From: Bacteroidales bacterium
GTDB taxonomy: Bacteria; Bacteroidota; Bacteroidia; Bacteroidales; UBA7960
DNA length: 49,526 nucleotides
Assembly: GCA_003556325.1 (NCBI GenBank)
Contig: PWRF01000302.1
Coordinates: 1-49,526, forward strand
Direction: 5' to 3'
Shown here: positions 31,577 through 41,438 of the stretch, in pieces
Position numbering within the stretch: position 1 is the stretch's first letter
Layout: each line of letters begins with the position of its first letter
Position numbers and translations under genes: made by a program
Notes under the pieces: generated by a model
Databases searched by the model: none
What the model was told of the DNA's origin: nothing
The model's input: the letters and a program-made list of their open reading frames with translations, nothing else

Positions 31577-32500
31577 ATGATTAACAGGAGACATTTGCGT
31601 GTTAAGGTGTTGCAAACCTTGTATGCGTTCTACCAATCGCACAATCCGGACCTTGATTCCGGGATTCGCGAACTGAAAAAGAACATAGAGAAAGTACACG
31701 ATCTTTTTGTGTATCAGCTTATGTTGCTGGCAGAATTGAGGCACCAGGAAGAGCGCATACTGGAAGAGCGCCAGCAAAAGCATCTTCCTACTGAGGAAGA
31801 CCTGCACCCGAACAGGCGCTTTGCAGAGAACAGGGTCCTGGTGATGGTATCAGAAGATGAGAATCTGCAAAAACTTGCCTCAGAAAAAAAGATCAGCTGG
31901 GCTGAAGAAAGGGATCTTGTCAGGAAATTGCTCCGGCAAATACAAAATTCAAACTATTACAAGACCTATATTGAGACTGAATCCATTGATGAGTCTGCAG
32001 ACCTGCGTTTTGTCATTAAGATGCTTGAGAAAGATATTGTTGACTTTGAGCCGTTGCACTCTTTCTATGAGGAAAAAAGTATCTACTGGATCGATGACTG
32101 GGAGCTCGTGCATAAGAAACTGATCAAAACCATTAAACTTTCTGTGGAGAACGGCTGCCGCTTACTCCTGCCTGACCTCTTCAGAGACATCTCAGACAGA
32201 GAATTTGCCTTTGAGCTGTTTAAAAGAGCAATTTTAAACCACCAGGAGTTTTTCCAGATGATCTCAGCGAAAACACAAAACTGGGATGCAGACCGGATCG
32301 CGCTGATGGATATGATCATTATGGAACTTGCCATTACTGAGGTACTGAAATTTCCGGATATTCCCGTGAAAGTGAGTCTGAACGAATACATTGAGCTGTC
32401 GAAGATGTACAGTACACCGAAGAGCAAGGTGTTTGTTAACGGTGTTTTGGATAAACTGCTTGAGGAGTTTGTTAAAGAAAGAAAAATTGCACCTTACTAA
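31577..32500 (+). CDS. nusB: transcription antitermination factor NusB (long Bacteroidota form)
   Basis: NRRHLRVKVLQTLY, NWDADRIA, VSLNEYIELSK and FVNGVLD motifs; TACTTTTG box at 31495-31502. Confidence 0.93.
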   Translation: MINRRHLRVKVLQTLYAFYQSHNPDLDSGIRELKKNIEKVHDLFVYQLMLLAELRHQEERILEERQQKHLPTEEDLHPNRRFAENRVLVMVSEDENLQKLASEKKISWAEERDLVRKLLRQIQNSNYYKTYIETESIDESADLRFVIKMLEKDIVDFEPLHSFYEEKSIYWIDDWELVHKKLIKTIKLSVENGCRLLLPDLFRDISDREFAFELFKRAILNHQEFFQMISAKTQNWDADRIALMDMIIMELAITEVLKFPDIPVKVSLNEYIELSKMYSTPKSKVFVNGVLDKLLEEFVKERKIAPY

Positions 32501-32579
32501 TCCGGAGTCTATGATGACGCTTTCAGATGAATTATTACCTTTGCGGTAAGGAATTTATATTTAATCAAAGAAGAGACTG

Positions 32580-32933
32580 ATGAACAAGTTATTTATTATT
32601 TTAACAAGTGAGCTGGGAGTACATGATGTTTTACATGCAGAGGCTGGTGATCCGGGAAATTACAGCGGTTTGATATTTCTGCTTTTGATCATACTGGTCT
32701 TTTATTTCTTTTTCATCCGTCCCCAAATGAAAAAGCAGAAACAACTTCGCCAGTTTCGCGAACAACTGAAGAAAGGTGACAAAGTGGTAACCATTGGCGG
32801 GATTCATGGAAAAATTGTCGAAGAACAGGAGCAAAGCTTTACTCTTGAGGTCGAAGACGGCACCCGTTTCCGCATCCAAAAGTCCGCTATCGCCATGGAA
32901 GGTGCATCAGAGCAGCTCGGTGAAAGACGCTGA
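32580..32933 (+). CDS. yajC: preprotein translocase subunit YajC
   Basis: FYFFFIRPQMKKQK and LKKGDKVVTIGGIHG motifs. Confidence 0.95.
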   Translation: MNKLFIILTSELGVHDVLHAEAGDPGNYSGLIFLLLIILVFYFFFIRPQMKKQKQLRQFREQLKKGDKVVTIGGIHGKIVEEQEQSFTLEVEDGTRFRIQKSAIAMEGASEQLGERR

Positions 32934-33934
32934 TGAACTGGAAGGTTTTACTAAGGAGCAAGAAAAGTTTAACACCCCGTGAGGCAGCAAGTAAGCGCAG
33001 ACTTTATGTCTTTGTGCTCTGTTTGCTAGGCAGCGCGGTTTTCTGGTTGTTTATAAAACTGTCCCAGGAGAATCAGGCGTCATATCATAAAAACATATTG
33101 TTCCAAAACTTCCCGGAAGGGATGACAGGGATCAATCAAAGCGACAGCGTAGTTAATTTTACGCTGGAAACCTCCGGGATCCGCCTGATCACAGAAAGTT
33201 ATTTCTCGCCTGTGGATACTTTTTTTGTCGATGTAAATCAGCTTCAGCGGCTTCGGCAGAATGAGCGCGACGTGTATTACATCTCCAGGGAAGACCTTCA
33301 TAATGAATTAAACGCTGCCTACGGAGACTGGGCCAATGTGACTATGGTGTCGCCTGATACCGTAAAAATTGAAGCGGTGCCGGCGATCACAAAAAAACTC
33401 CCCGTAGAGTTACATGCTGATATCACCTTTGAAAGGCGCTTTAACCTGTATGGTCAAAAAACAGTTCAGCCTGACAGCCTTCTTGTCACGGGACCTAAAA
33501 CTATACTGGATACTATCCAATCCATCCGGACAGAATATTTGCGCCTGGAAAACATAAGGTCGACCGTGCGCAAAGACCTGGCCGTTGATATCCCATCCGC
33601 CCTTTTGTCATCCGGGGTAAGCAATGTCACCTTACACATCCCCGTTGAAGAGTTTACCGAGGCCGCCATCACGCTTCCCCTCGTTATCAAGTGCCCGGAT
33701 CCTCAGCTCAGGGAACAGATCAGGCTTTTTCCGTCAAGCGTGACCCTTTCCTATGTGGTCGCAGTGAGGGATTACAGAATGGTCAATGAAAACATGTTCG
33801 AGGTGAGCGTCACCTGCCCTCAAATCGACCTGTATTCCACCGACAGGTTAAGGATACAACTCGACAAACATCCTGCTTTTGTTGAAGTGCTGAACATACG
33901 ACCCTCAAGTGTAGATTATGTTATCATGGAGTAA
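32933..33934 (+). CDS. YbbR/CdaR-like domain protein
   Basis: N-terminal TM (FWLFIKLS), KKLPV, PDSLLVTGP, VEEFTE and FPSSV; located between yajC and coaE. Confidence 0.82.
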   Translation: MNWKVLLRSKKSLTPREAASKRRLYVFVLCLLGSAVFWLFIKLSQENQASYHKNILFQNFPEGMTGINQSDSVVNFTLETSGIRLITESYFSPVDTFFVDVNQLQRLRQNERDVYYISREDLHNELNAAYGDWANVTMVSPDTVKIEAVPAITKKLPVELHADITFERRFNLYGQKTVQPDSLLVTGPKTILDTIQSIRTEYLRLENIRSTVRKDLAVDIPSALLSSGVSNVTLHIPVEEFTEAAITLPLVIKCPDPQLREQIRLFPSSVTLSYVVAVRDYRMVNENMFEVSVTCPQIDLYSTDRLRIQLDKHPAFVEVLNIRPSSVDYVIME

Positions 33935-33945
33935 AGTATTTTTAT

Positions 33946-34545
33946 ATGCTACTGGTAGGACTTACCGGAAATATCGGAAGTGGTAAAACGACTGTTGGCA
34001 GGCTCTTCAACGGGCTTGGCGTACCCGTATACAATGCCGACGAAAGGGGGCGGTACTTCCTTACCATCCCGGAAGTGAAGCAACAGGTTTTGAAGCTCTT
34101 TGGAGACGTAATCGAAGGTAATGCAGGAGACATAGATCGAAAAAAGCTTGCCGGGATCGTATTTGCTGATGAGAACAAGCTTGAACAGCTGAACAGCATC
34201 ATTCACCCGCTGGTCAGAAAGGAGTTCAGGCAGTGGGCAAATGAACAAAGCAGACAACCCTATGTTGTTCAGGAGGCGGCAATACTTGTCGAAACCGGCT
34301 TTAACAAGGAGCTGGACAGGCTCATCCTGGTAACAGCACCTGAAAAGCTCAGAATCCAAAGGGTGTGTGAACGCGACGGTGTAACCGAAGAAGAAGTCAA
34401 ACAGCGAGCCCGGCACCAAATGGCAGAAAAAGACAAACTGGCGTATGCACACTTTATCATAAATAACGACGAAACGCAAGAACTCGAAAGCCAGGTAAAA
34501 GTTATTCATAACCAATTATTGCGTATAAGCCGGTCAAAGCACTGA
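33946..34545 (+). CDS. coaE: dephospho-CoA kinase
   Basis: GLTGNIGSGKT, IDRKKL, IIHPLV and EAAIL motifs. Confidence 0.95.
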   Translation: MLLVGLTGNIGSGKTTVGRLFNGLGVPVYNADERGRYFLTIPEVKQQVLKLFGDVIEGNAGDIDRKKLAGIVFADENKLEQLNSIIHPLVRKEFRQWANEQSRQPYVVQEAAILVETGFNKELDRLILVTAPEKLRIQRVCERDGVTEEEVKQRARHQMAEKDKLAYAHFIINNDETQELESQVKVIHNQLLRISRSKH

Positions 34546-34619
34546 ATATCTTTTTCCTGACAAAATAACAAGCAGCTTCCCGGCGTTTCTGATATCAAAA
34601 ACACTTAAAATTTGTTTGC

Positions 34620-35699
34620 GTGGTCCTTAAAAAAAGCCTGTTTCTGATCGTCATCCTGCAGTTCCTTGTTGCCCAGCATGCTTTTTCACAGCGACAGAGC
34701 GGCCGTGTGTATGAATTCCTTAACTTGTCACAGACAGCACGTATTACAGCCATGGGAGGATACGCCTACCCTGTGTTTACACCGGATCTTGGTATGTCGC
34801 TCGTGATCCCCTCCATGCTGAGCCAGGACCACAACAACCACCTGTCGCTGAACATAGTTGACTACTTTGATGACATCAACTACGGCACCGTTGCATTTAC
34901 GCATTATTTTGACCGGCTTGGTCATTTCAGCGGCGCGCTGCAATATATTGATTATGGCAGCTTCACCGAAGCCAACGAGTTTGGCCAGATCACCGGCTAC
35001 TTCTCAGCGGGAGAGTATAGTTTCCAGATCGGGTGGGGGAGAGCCCTTAGCGACCAGCTTGCGATAGGAAGCAACCTCAAGTTTATCTATTCGTCGTTTC
35101 ATGATCACAGCTCTTTTGGCCTTGCAACCGATGTGGCATTGTCTTATCATAACGAGGAAAGGCTTCTTGCTGCCTCACTTGTTGCACGCAATATGGGAAC
35201 CCAGATCACCCAATACTATGACGGCAACCGGGAGCCTTTGCCATTTGACCTGATGCTGGCCGTAACTAAGAAACTGGAAAACGCACCCTTCCAGTTTTCG
35301 TTCGTCGCAAACAATCTGCATAACTACGACCTTACATATGATACTCCGGGTTTGCTGCCCGATCATTTTGAGGATCCCGACGACGATGAACAGGACTTCC
35401 AGGAAAGAGTTGGTGACATTGCTGATAACCTGATGCGTCACCTTGTAGCCGGGGTGGAGTTTACGCCCCTGGAGAGTTTTAGCTTCCGTGTCGGGTATAA
35501 CTACAGAAGAAGGCAGGAGATGAAGGTGGAGAGCCGTTTGTCTACGGTGGGTTTTTCCTGGGGATTCGGTATCAGGATCTCTCGCTTTGAGCTGAGCTAC
35601 GGAAGATCCAACTATCATCTCGCCGGTGCACCCAATCACATATCTCTTAACACGAGTATCCAGGAGTTGTTCCAAAGTTCAGGAAACGACAACCGCTGA
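34620..35699 (+). CDS. porQ: type IX secretion system protein PorQ
   Basis: YEFLNL..AR.TAMGG, IDYGSF, RNMGTQ, GYNYRRRQEM and GFSWGFG; PorV/PorQ-family barrel. Confidence 0.85.
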   Translation: MVLKKSLFLIVILQFLVAQHAFSQRQSGRVYEFLNLSQTARITAMGGYAYPVFTPDLGMSLVIPSMLSQDHNNHLSLNIVDYFDDINYGTVAFTHYFDRLGHFSGALQYIDYGSFTEANEFGQITGYFSAGEYSFQIGWGRALSDQLAIGSNLKFIYSSFHDHSSFGLATDVALSYHNEERLLAASLVARNMGTQITQYYDGNREPLPFDLMLAVTKKLENAPFQFSFVANNLHNYDLTYDTPGLLPDHFEDPDDDEQDFQERVGDIADNLMRHLVAGVEFTPLESFSFRVGYNYRRRQEMKVESRLSTVGFSWGFGIRISRFELSYGRSNYHLAGAPNHISLNTSIQELFQSSGNDNR

Positions 35700-35850
35700 C
35701 CCCAATTCCGAGGAAACCACACCTTTCGGATATTCCGGAGTTGTTTCAGGGTCCAGGAAACAACAGCTGCTAAGCCCGATTTACAGTGATCAACAACTTG
35801 CGTGTATCCCTGGAGTTGTTTCGGGATCCAGGAAATAACAGCCGTTAAGA
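35657..35850. repeat. three-copy degenerate tandem repeat (~74-75 bp period) with a hairpin core
   Basis: Copies start at 35657, 35731 and 35805; core GGAGTTGTTYC-N9-GAAAYRACA. Confidence 0.85.
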
Positions 35851-36495
35851 ATTTTCTGTTTTTTCCACGAGCATGATGCCGTCGCGCAGGGGCAACAACA
35901 AATGCCTGATGCCGGAATGCGTTTTCATGTGCCTGTTGAAACGAATTATCCCTTCTGTCTCCTCATCCGGGTTCTCTTCTGCATCCAGCACCTTTCCACT
36001 CCACAAAACATTATCTGCAATTAATACGGCACCTTTGCGCATTTTCAGGTAAATCATATCAAAATACTGAACATAATTGACCTTGTCTGCATCCATAAAC
36101 ACGAGGTCGAAGGTCTCAGCCAGGGTTGGAATAACATCAAGGGCTTCGCCAGTATGCTGAATGATCTGTTCCTGGTATCCAGCTTTTGCAATATATTTGG
36201 CGGCAAAACTTTCCAGTTCGGCGTTGTGATCTATCGTATGAAGTTTCCCGCCGGGTGCAAGGCCTTCGGCAAGACAGATGGCTGAATACCCGGTATATGT
36301 ACCCAGTTCCAGAATTCGTTCCGGCCGCATCATCCGGCTTACAAAAGAGAGAAGACGTCCCTGCAGGTGGCCTGACAGCATGCGCGGACGCAGCACGTTG
36401 GCATGTGTGTCCCGGTTCAGTTGTGCCAGCACCTTGTCTTCATCACTGGTGTGTTCAACGGCATACGCTTCCAATTCCTCAGGCAAAAAATCCAT
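35845..36495 (-). CDS. class I SAM-dependent O-methyltransferase (CCoAOMT/TrmR-like)
   Basis: MLSGHLQG, ILELGTYTGYS, FDLVFMDADK, ADNVLWSG and PLRDG motifs. Confidence 0.92.
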   Translation of the reverse strand: MDFLPEELEAYAVEHTSDEDKVLAQLNRDTHANVLRPRMLSGHLQGRLLSFVSRMMRPERILELGTYTGYSAICLAEGLAPGGKLHTIDHNAELESFAAKYIAKAGYQEQIIQHTGEALDVIPTLAETFDLVFMDADKVNYVQYFDMIYLKMRKGAVLIADNVLWSGKVLDAEENPDEETEGIIRFNRHMKTHSGIRHLLLPLRDGIMLVEKTENS

Positions 36496-36595
36496 TATCA
36501 GCAGTGTTTTGTAGGTAAACCCATTTTGTCAAAAATAACATCTTTCCCCGTTCTTTTGTTTGGCAGTGCCAATAGAATTGTGTATTTTTGCAACC

Positions 36596-36689
36596 GGTGA
36601 GTCTGGTACGACCAGCTCCCGCTGAATTCCCCCAGGACCGGAAGGTAGCAAGGGTAGGCGGTCGTAGCGGTGCGATACCAAGGCTCACC
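36596..36689 (+). ncRNA. ffs: signal recognition particle RNA (4.5S)
   Basis: Terminal stem GGTGAGTCT/AGGCTCACC, domain IV CAGGACCGGAAGGTAGCA with GGAA tetraloop, TATTTTTG box at 36583-36590, 3' T-run. Confidence 0.95.
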
Positions 36690-36796
36690 TTTTTTATAGT
36701 TCATTTGATCTGCCTGGTGTTAAAGCTTTACTGTTGTATCTGAAATACGTACCTCAACAAGCGAAACCTTTTGTTTAACCCAAAAATCCAACGAAT

Positions 36797-37444
36797 ATGA
36801 AATTCTTTATTGATACGGCAAACCTGGATGAGATCCGTGAAGCCATGGATCTTGGGATCCTTGACGGTGTTACCACAAATCCCTCACTTATGGCCAAAGA
36901 GGGCATCAAGGGAGAGGAAAATATCAGGAAACACTACACAGACATTTGCGAGATTGTTGACGGTGATGTGAGTGCAGAGGTTATCGCCACAGATTTCGAA
37001 GGGATCATCAGGGAGGCAGAGGAACTTGCAGCCCTTCACCCACAGATCGTGGTGAAGGTCCCTATGATCAAAGATGGCGTAAAGGCAATAAAATACCTCT
37101 CCTCAAAAGGCATCAAAACCAACTGCACCCTCGTGTTTTCAACGGGTCAGGCCATATTGGCTGCAAAAGCAGGTGCCACCTATGTATCTCCTTTTATTGG
37201 CCGCCTTGACGATATTTCCACAGACGGAGTGGAACTGGTGGCCCAGATCGTTGACATCTACCGCTATTACGATTTTGACACCCAGGTGCTCGCTGCCAGT
37301 ATCCGGCATACCATGCACATTCCGCAGTGCGCAGAGGCCGGTGCCGATGTGGTGACATGCCCCCTTAAACCCATCATGGGCTTGCTCAAGCATCCCCTGA
37401 CAGATATCGGACTGGAAAAATTTCTTGCTGATCACGGGAAATAA
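36797..37444 (+). CDS. tal: transaldolase, TalC/MipB family (often annotated fructose-6-phosphate aldolase, fsa)
   Basis: [19 protein letters not shown] (Schiff-base Lys). SAEV (Glu) and YVSPFIGR (Phe) are the transaldolase-type residues. Confidence 0.9.
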   Translation: MKFFIDTANLDEIREAMDLGILDGVTTNPSLMAKEGIKGEENIRKHYTDICEIVDGDVSAEVIATDFEGIIREAEELAALHPQIVVKVPMIKDGVKAIKYLSSKGIKTNCTLVFSTGQAILAAKAGATYVSPFIGRLDDISTDGVELVAQIVDIYRYYDFDTQVLAASIRHTMHIPQCAEAGADVVTCPLKPIMGLLKHPLTDIGLEKFLADHGK

Positions 37445-37477
37445 TCGCCGGGGATCATCTTCATCAACTGCCGGAGG

Positions 37478-37849
37478 TTTCCTCCTTCCCCTCCCAGGAT
37501 TCTGTCTTCGTAATACAAAGACCATCAATCCATGCCAGGCTTTCCGCTTACCCGGACTTTTCGACCTTTCGGTTTTTCTGCCTTCCGACTTTTCGACTTT
37601 TTGACATTTCGCCCTTTTGTCTTTTTGTCTTTTTGTCTTTTCGTCCTTTTGTCTTTTCCTCCTTCCCCTCCCAGGGTTCTGTCTTCGTAATACAAAGACC
37701 ATCAATCCATGCCAGGCTTTCCGCTTACCCGGACTTTTCGACCTTTCGACTTTTTGACATTTCGTCCTTTTGTCCTTTTGTCCTTTTGTCTTTTTGTCTT
37801 TTTGTCTTTTTGTCTTTTTGTCTTTTTGTCTTTTTGTCTTTTTGTCTTT
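37478..37849 (+). repeat. composite repeat array, locus A: two 64-bp cores plus octamer arrays
   Basis: Cores at 37493-37556 and 37670-37733 differ at 1 position. Each is followed by about 14 octamers of type CTTTTCGA/CTTTTTGT. Confidence 0.95.
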
Positions 37850-37920
37850 AGTTCCCTGACAAAACATATATGGTTTTTTTGTGTTATTTTCGTAGGAGAT
37901 ATACTGTTAACACTGCACAC

Positions 37921-39303
37921 ATGAAAACCATAGCTTTTCTCTTTCTGCTGATTTTTGTGCCCGGTTTGGCGGCAGCATCCGACGGGCCCCGCAGAGACCG
38001 CGTGTCTGAGACACTGGAAGCCCATCCCGACAGGACTTTTCTGGTCTATGTCTACGAGATAAAGGAAAACATTGGCCCTCCAGCACGGCATCGGACGCAA
38101 AGAGCTTTTGAGGAAGCCGACAGTTTGCGTGCTGATTTTGTTCTTTTGCATATGAACACCTATGGAGGTACAGTAATCGATGCTGACTCCATCCGCACGC
38201 GCATCATGCAAAGCCCTATCCCGGTTATTGTATTCATTGACAACAATGCGGCTTCGGCCGGAGCGCTTATTTCCATTGCTGCAGACAGGATCTATATGCG
38301 ACCCGGTGGCAATATAGGTGCTGCCACGGTGGTGGACGCCACGGGAGCTGAAGTGCCTGACAAGTTTCAGTCCTACATGCGCTCTACCATGCGTTCCACA
38401 GCAGAGGCCAAAGGCAGGGATCCCGACATTGCCGAAGCGATGGTAGATGCTGCCATTGAAGTGGAAGGCGTTTCAGAAGCCGGCAAAGTCCTTACTTTCA
38501 CAGCCTCAGAAGCTATGCGCTGGGGTTTTTCGGAAGGAATGGCCGAAACCATCCCGCAGGTATTGGAAATCGCCGGCATAGAAAATTATGAGATCGTAGA
38601 ACAACGCCTCACCTTCACGGACAGGGTTATTCAGTTCCTCATAAGCCCTATTGTCAGCGGTATTCTTATCATGCTCATCCTGGGAGGCATTTATTTTGAG
38701 CTGCAAACCCCTGGCGTGGGATTTCCTATTCTTGCAGCCGCTACGGCCGCTTTGCTCTATTTCGCACCGCTTTATATCGAGGGGCTGGCCAGCCATTATG
38801 AGATCATCCTTTTCATCCTGGGAATTGTACTTATTGCCATTGAGCTTTTTGCCATACCGGGATTCGGTGTTACCGGTATTCTTGGTGTGATATCTGTTAT
38901 CACCGGCCTTGCCCTGGCTATGGTGGGCAACGAAGGGTTTGACTTTACCGGTGTGAGTCTTTCAGAAGTACTTACGGCCTTCCTCATCGTGATCATAGCC
39001 TTCTTTGTTTCCCTGTCCGGCTCTTTCTACATCGGCGACAGACTCTTTACCACCACCCGGTTTGGTGAGCTGGCCCTCGACACTGTGCAGGAAAAAAGCT
39101 CCGGCTACACCTCCGCAGATGCGACCATGTCAACGCTGCTTGGAAAAACAGGCGTTGCCTTTACCATGCTGCGCCCCAGTGGAAAAGTAGAAATCGACGA
39201 CGATATATACGACGCTACCGCCCTGACCGGATTCGTCGATAAAGGAGAAGCCGTTAAAGTAGTGAAATACGAAACTTCCCAGGTTTTTGTGGTAAAGGCC
39301 TGA
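37921..39303 (+). CDS. nfeD: NfeD-family membrane-bound serine protease (ClpP-like + TM + OB fold)
   Basis: MNTYGG, AASAGALI, GNIGAA, ELQTPG, ELFAIPGFG and LRPSGK motifs. ATG 37921 gives a signal peptide. Confidence 0.9.
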   Translation: MKTIAFLFLLIFVPGLAAASDGPRRDRVSETLEAHPDRTFLVYVYEIKENIGPPARHRTQRAFEEADSLRADFVLLHMNTYGGTVIDADSIRTRIMQSPIPVIVFIDNNAASAGALISIAADRIYMRPGGNIGAATVVDATGAEVPDKFQSYMRSTMRSTAEAKGRDPDIAEAMVDAAIEVEGVSEAGKVLTFTASEAMRWGFSEGMAETIPQVLEIAGIENYEIVEQRLTFTDRVIQFLISPIVSGILIMLILGGIYFELQTPGVGFPILAAATAALLYFAPLYIEGLASHYEIILFILGIVLIAIELFAIPGFGVTGILGVISVITGLALAMVGNEGFDFTGVSLSEVLTAFLIVIIAFFVSLSGSFYIGDRLFTTTRFGELALDTVQEKSSGYTSADATMSTLLGKTGVAFTMLRPSGKVEIDDDIYDATALTGFVDKGEAVKVVKYETSQVFVVKA

Positions 39304-39329
39304 TTAAGAAACGCACAAAACGATATTGC

Positions 39330-40751
39330 ATGATCCATACTTTCCGAACAATATCCCCCCTGTATACAGACATGTATCAGCTCACTATGGGACAAGCCTA
39401 TTTTCTCGATAACCGGCATAAACAGCCTGCTTCCTTTGATTATTTCTTCAGAAAAAACCCTTTTAAAGGTGGATATGTGATCTTTGCAGGTTTGAATGAA
39501 TTGCTCGAACTGATCCAGGCGCTGCGTTTCGAAGAAGATGATATTGATTACCTGCACAAACAGGGGTTTCATGCCGATTACCTTGAATACCTGAAAACCT
39601 TCTCTTTCGGGGGAGACATTACCGGAATGAGAGAAGGTGAAATAGTATTTCCGGTGGCCCCTATCATACGTGTGGATGGCGGATTGCATGAAGTGCAGCT
39701 TGTGGAGACCCTTTTGCTGAATATTTTAAACTTCCAGTCGCTGATTGCTACCAAAGCGAGCCGCATCAGGTATTCTGCCGGCACCAGGAAGCTAACCGAT
39801 TTTGGATTGCGCCGCGCACAGGGCTATGGGGGGCTCCAGGCATCAAGGGCCGCGATAATTGGCGGTTTTAACAGTACTTCCAATGTAATGGCTGCCAGAG
39901 AACATGACATCGTACCGTCGGGCACCATGGCCCACTCCTTTATCGAAAGCTATGATAACGAACTGGAAGCCTTCCGGGCCTATGCAGGAATTTTCCCGGA
40001 CAACTGCGTGCTTCTTGTCGACACGTATAATACGCTGAGAAGCGGTTTGCCCAACGCCATAAAAGTCGCAAAAGAGCTCTCGGAGAAAGGCCATAAGCTG
40101 AAAGGCATCAGACTCGACAGCGGCGACCTTGCTTACCTGTCAAAAAAAGCCAGGGAAATGCTCGATGACGAGGGGTTTGCCGACGTACAGATAGTTGTTT
40201 CAAATCAGCTGGACGAACACGTCATAAAAAGCCTGATCGAACAGAAAGCGCCTATCGACATATTCGGTGTGGGTACCAGCATGGTTATAGGGCGTCCCGA
40301 CGGAGCTATTGACGGCGTTTTTAAGCTGGCATCAGCCAGCAGGATACCCCGGCTCAAGATTTCCGAAAACGTCCAAAAAACCACTCTTCCCGGCAGAAAA
40401 AAGGTATACCGGTTCCTCGACAAAAAAAACAGCTTCTATGCCGACTGTGTTGCCCTGGAAGACGAAAATACCCCGGTTCGCATGACACACCCTTTTCATA
40501 AGGAGAAATGCCTTAGCCTTGAAGGCAGAATCCATGAAGATGTTTTTATTGAACACATGACAGGGGGAAAAAGTACAGAGAACGGAGAAAAGAATCCTGT
40601 TATACTGAGGGAAAAGGTCGCAGAACGCCTGAAACAACTGCCGGAAGAGCACAAAAGGTTCGACTTCCCCCATATCTATAAGGTGGGTATTTCAGATAAG
40701 TTGCTCGAAACCAGGGATGCTATGGTACAAAAGTTGCAGGATTATATCTAA
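39330..40751 (+). CDS. pncB: nicotinate phosphoribosyltransferase
   Basis: TDMYQLTM, DFGLRRAQ, GTMAHS, LVDTY and GIRLDSGDL motifs. Confidence 0.95.
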   Translation: MIHTFRTISPLYTDMYQLTMGQAYFLDNRHKQPASFDYFFRKNPFKGGYVIFAGLNELLELIQALRFEEDDIDYLHKQGFHADYLEYLKTFSFGGDITGMREGEIVFPVAPIIRVDGGLHEVQLVETLLLNILNFQSLIATKASRIRYSAGTRKLTDFGLRRAQGYGGLQASRAAIIGGFNSTSNVMAAREHDIVPSGTMAHSFIESYDNELEAFRAYAGIFPDNCVLLVDTYNTLRSGLPNAIKVAKELSEKGHKLKGIRLDSGDLAYLSKKAREMLDDEGFADVQIVVSNQLDEHVIKSLIEQKAPIDIFGVGTSMVIGRPDGAIDGVFKLASASRIPRLKISENVQKTTLPGRKKVYRFLDKKNSFYADCVALEDENTPVRMTHPFHKEKCLSLEGRIHEDVFIEHMTGGKSTENGEKNPVILREKVAERLKQLPEEHKRFDFPHIYKVGISDKLLETRDAMVQKLQDYI

Positions 40752-40827
40752 GATTGCAGCACAACCCCTAAACTTTTGACAAGAACATAAACATTTCAAT
40801 AACAATTAGTTGAAAAAACATAAAGAG

Positions 40828-41433
40828 ATGAAAGCGTTGCTTATTGTAGATGTACAGTACGATTTCCTTCCCGGGGGCGCATTAGCTGTTCCGAACGGTG
40901 ATAAGGTCATACCTGTGATCAACAAACTTCAGGGTATTTTTCCGCTTGTTGTAGCTACACAGGACTGGCACCCCCCGGATCACGGCAGTTTTGCATCAGC
41001 GCACAAGGGCAGGGAACCCTTTGAGACCACCACCCTTGGCGGCCTGGAACAGATCCTGTGGCCCGATCATTGTGTGCAGGGAACCAGGGGGGCTGCTTTT
41101 TCCGAAGATCTGGATATGAATGCGGTGGAAGCCATCTTCCGCAAAGGGCTGGATCCTGCCATTGATAGTTACAGCGGTTTTTTTGACAACGGGAAAAAGA
41201 AAACTACCGGATTGTCGGACTACCTTCAGGGAAAGGGAGTAAAAACCGTTTATGTTACAGGACTTGCCGCTGATTTTTGCGTAGCTTTTACTGCGCTTGA
41301 TTCTATCGGTGAAAGGTTTGAAACGGTTCTTGTTGAAGATGCAACCCGTCCCATTGATCCGGAAGGTTTCGGTAAGATGAAGTCATCTATCAGGCAGAAA
41401 GGGGGTAAAATCGTTCAATCCGCCGCCATCTGA
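40828..41433 (+). CDS. pncA: nicotinamidase/pyrazinamidase
   Basis: DVQYDFLPGGAL, QDWHP, WPDHCVQ, DSYSGF and GLAADFCV motifs. ATG at 40828. Confidence 0.94.
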   Translation: MKALLIVDVQYDFLPGGALAVPNGDKVIPVINKLQGIFPLVVATQDWHPPDHGSFASAHKGREPFETTTLGGLEQILWPDHCVQGTRGAAFSEDLDMNAVEAIFRKGLDPAIDSYSGFFDNGKKKTTGLSDYLQGKGVKTVYVTGLAADFCVAFTALDSIGERFETVLVEDATRPIDPEGFGKMKSSIRQKGGKIVQSAAI

Positions 41434-41438
41434 TCCCC

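Noticed and set aside
35657-35850. CRISPR array (GTTG...CAAC repeat ends, ~74-bp period)
   Set aside because: Only three divergent copies, the linkers are homologous to each other, the array overlaps coding ends, and there are no cas genes. Kept as a tandem repeat.
37139-37924. ORFs with KRQKDK or FCLFVFLS repeats (also 49261-49491)
   Set aside because: These are translations of the octamer arrays, which lack stops in several frames. Some overlap tal or nfeD antisense.
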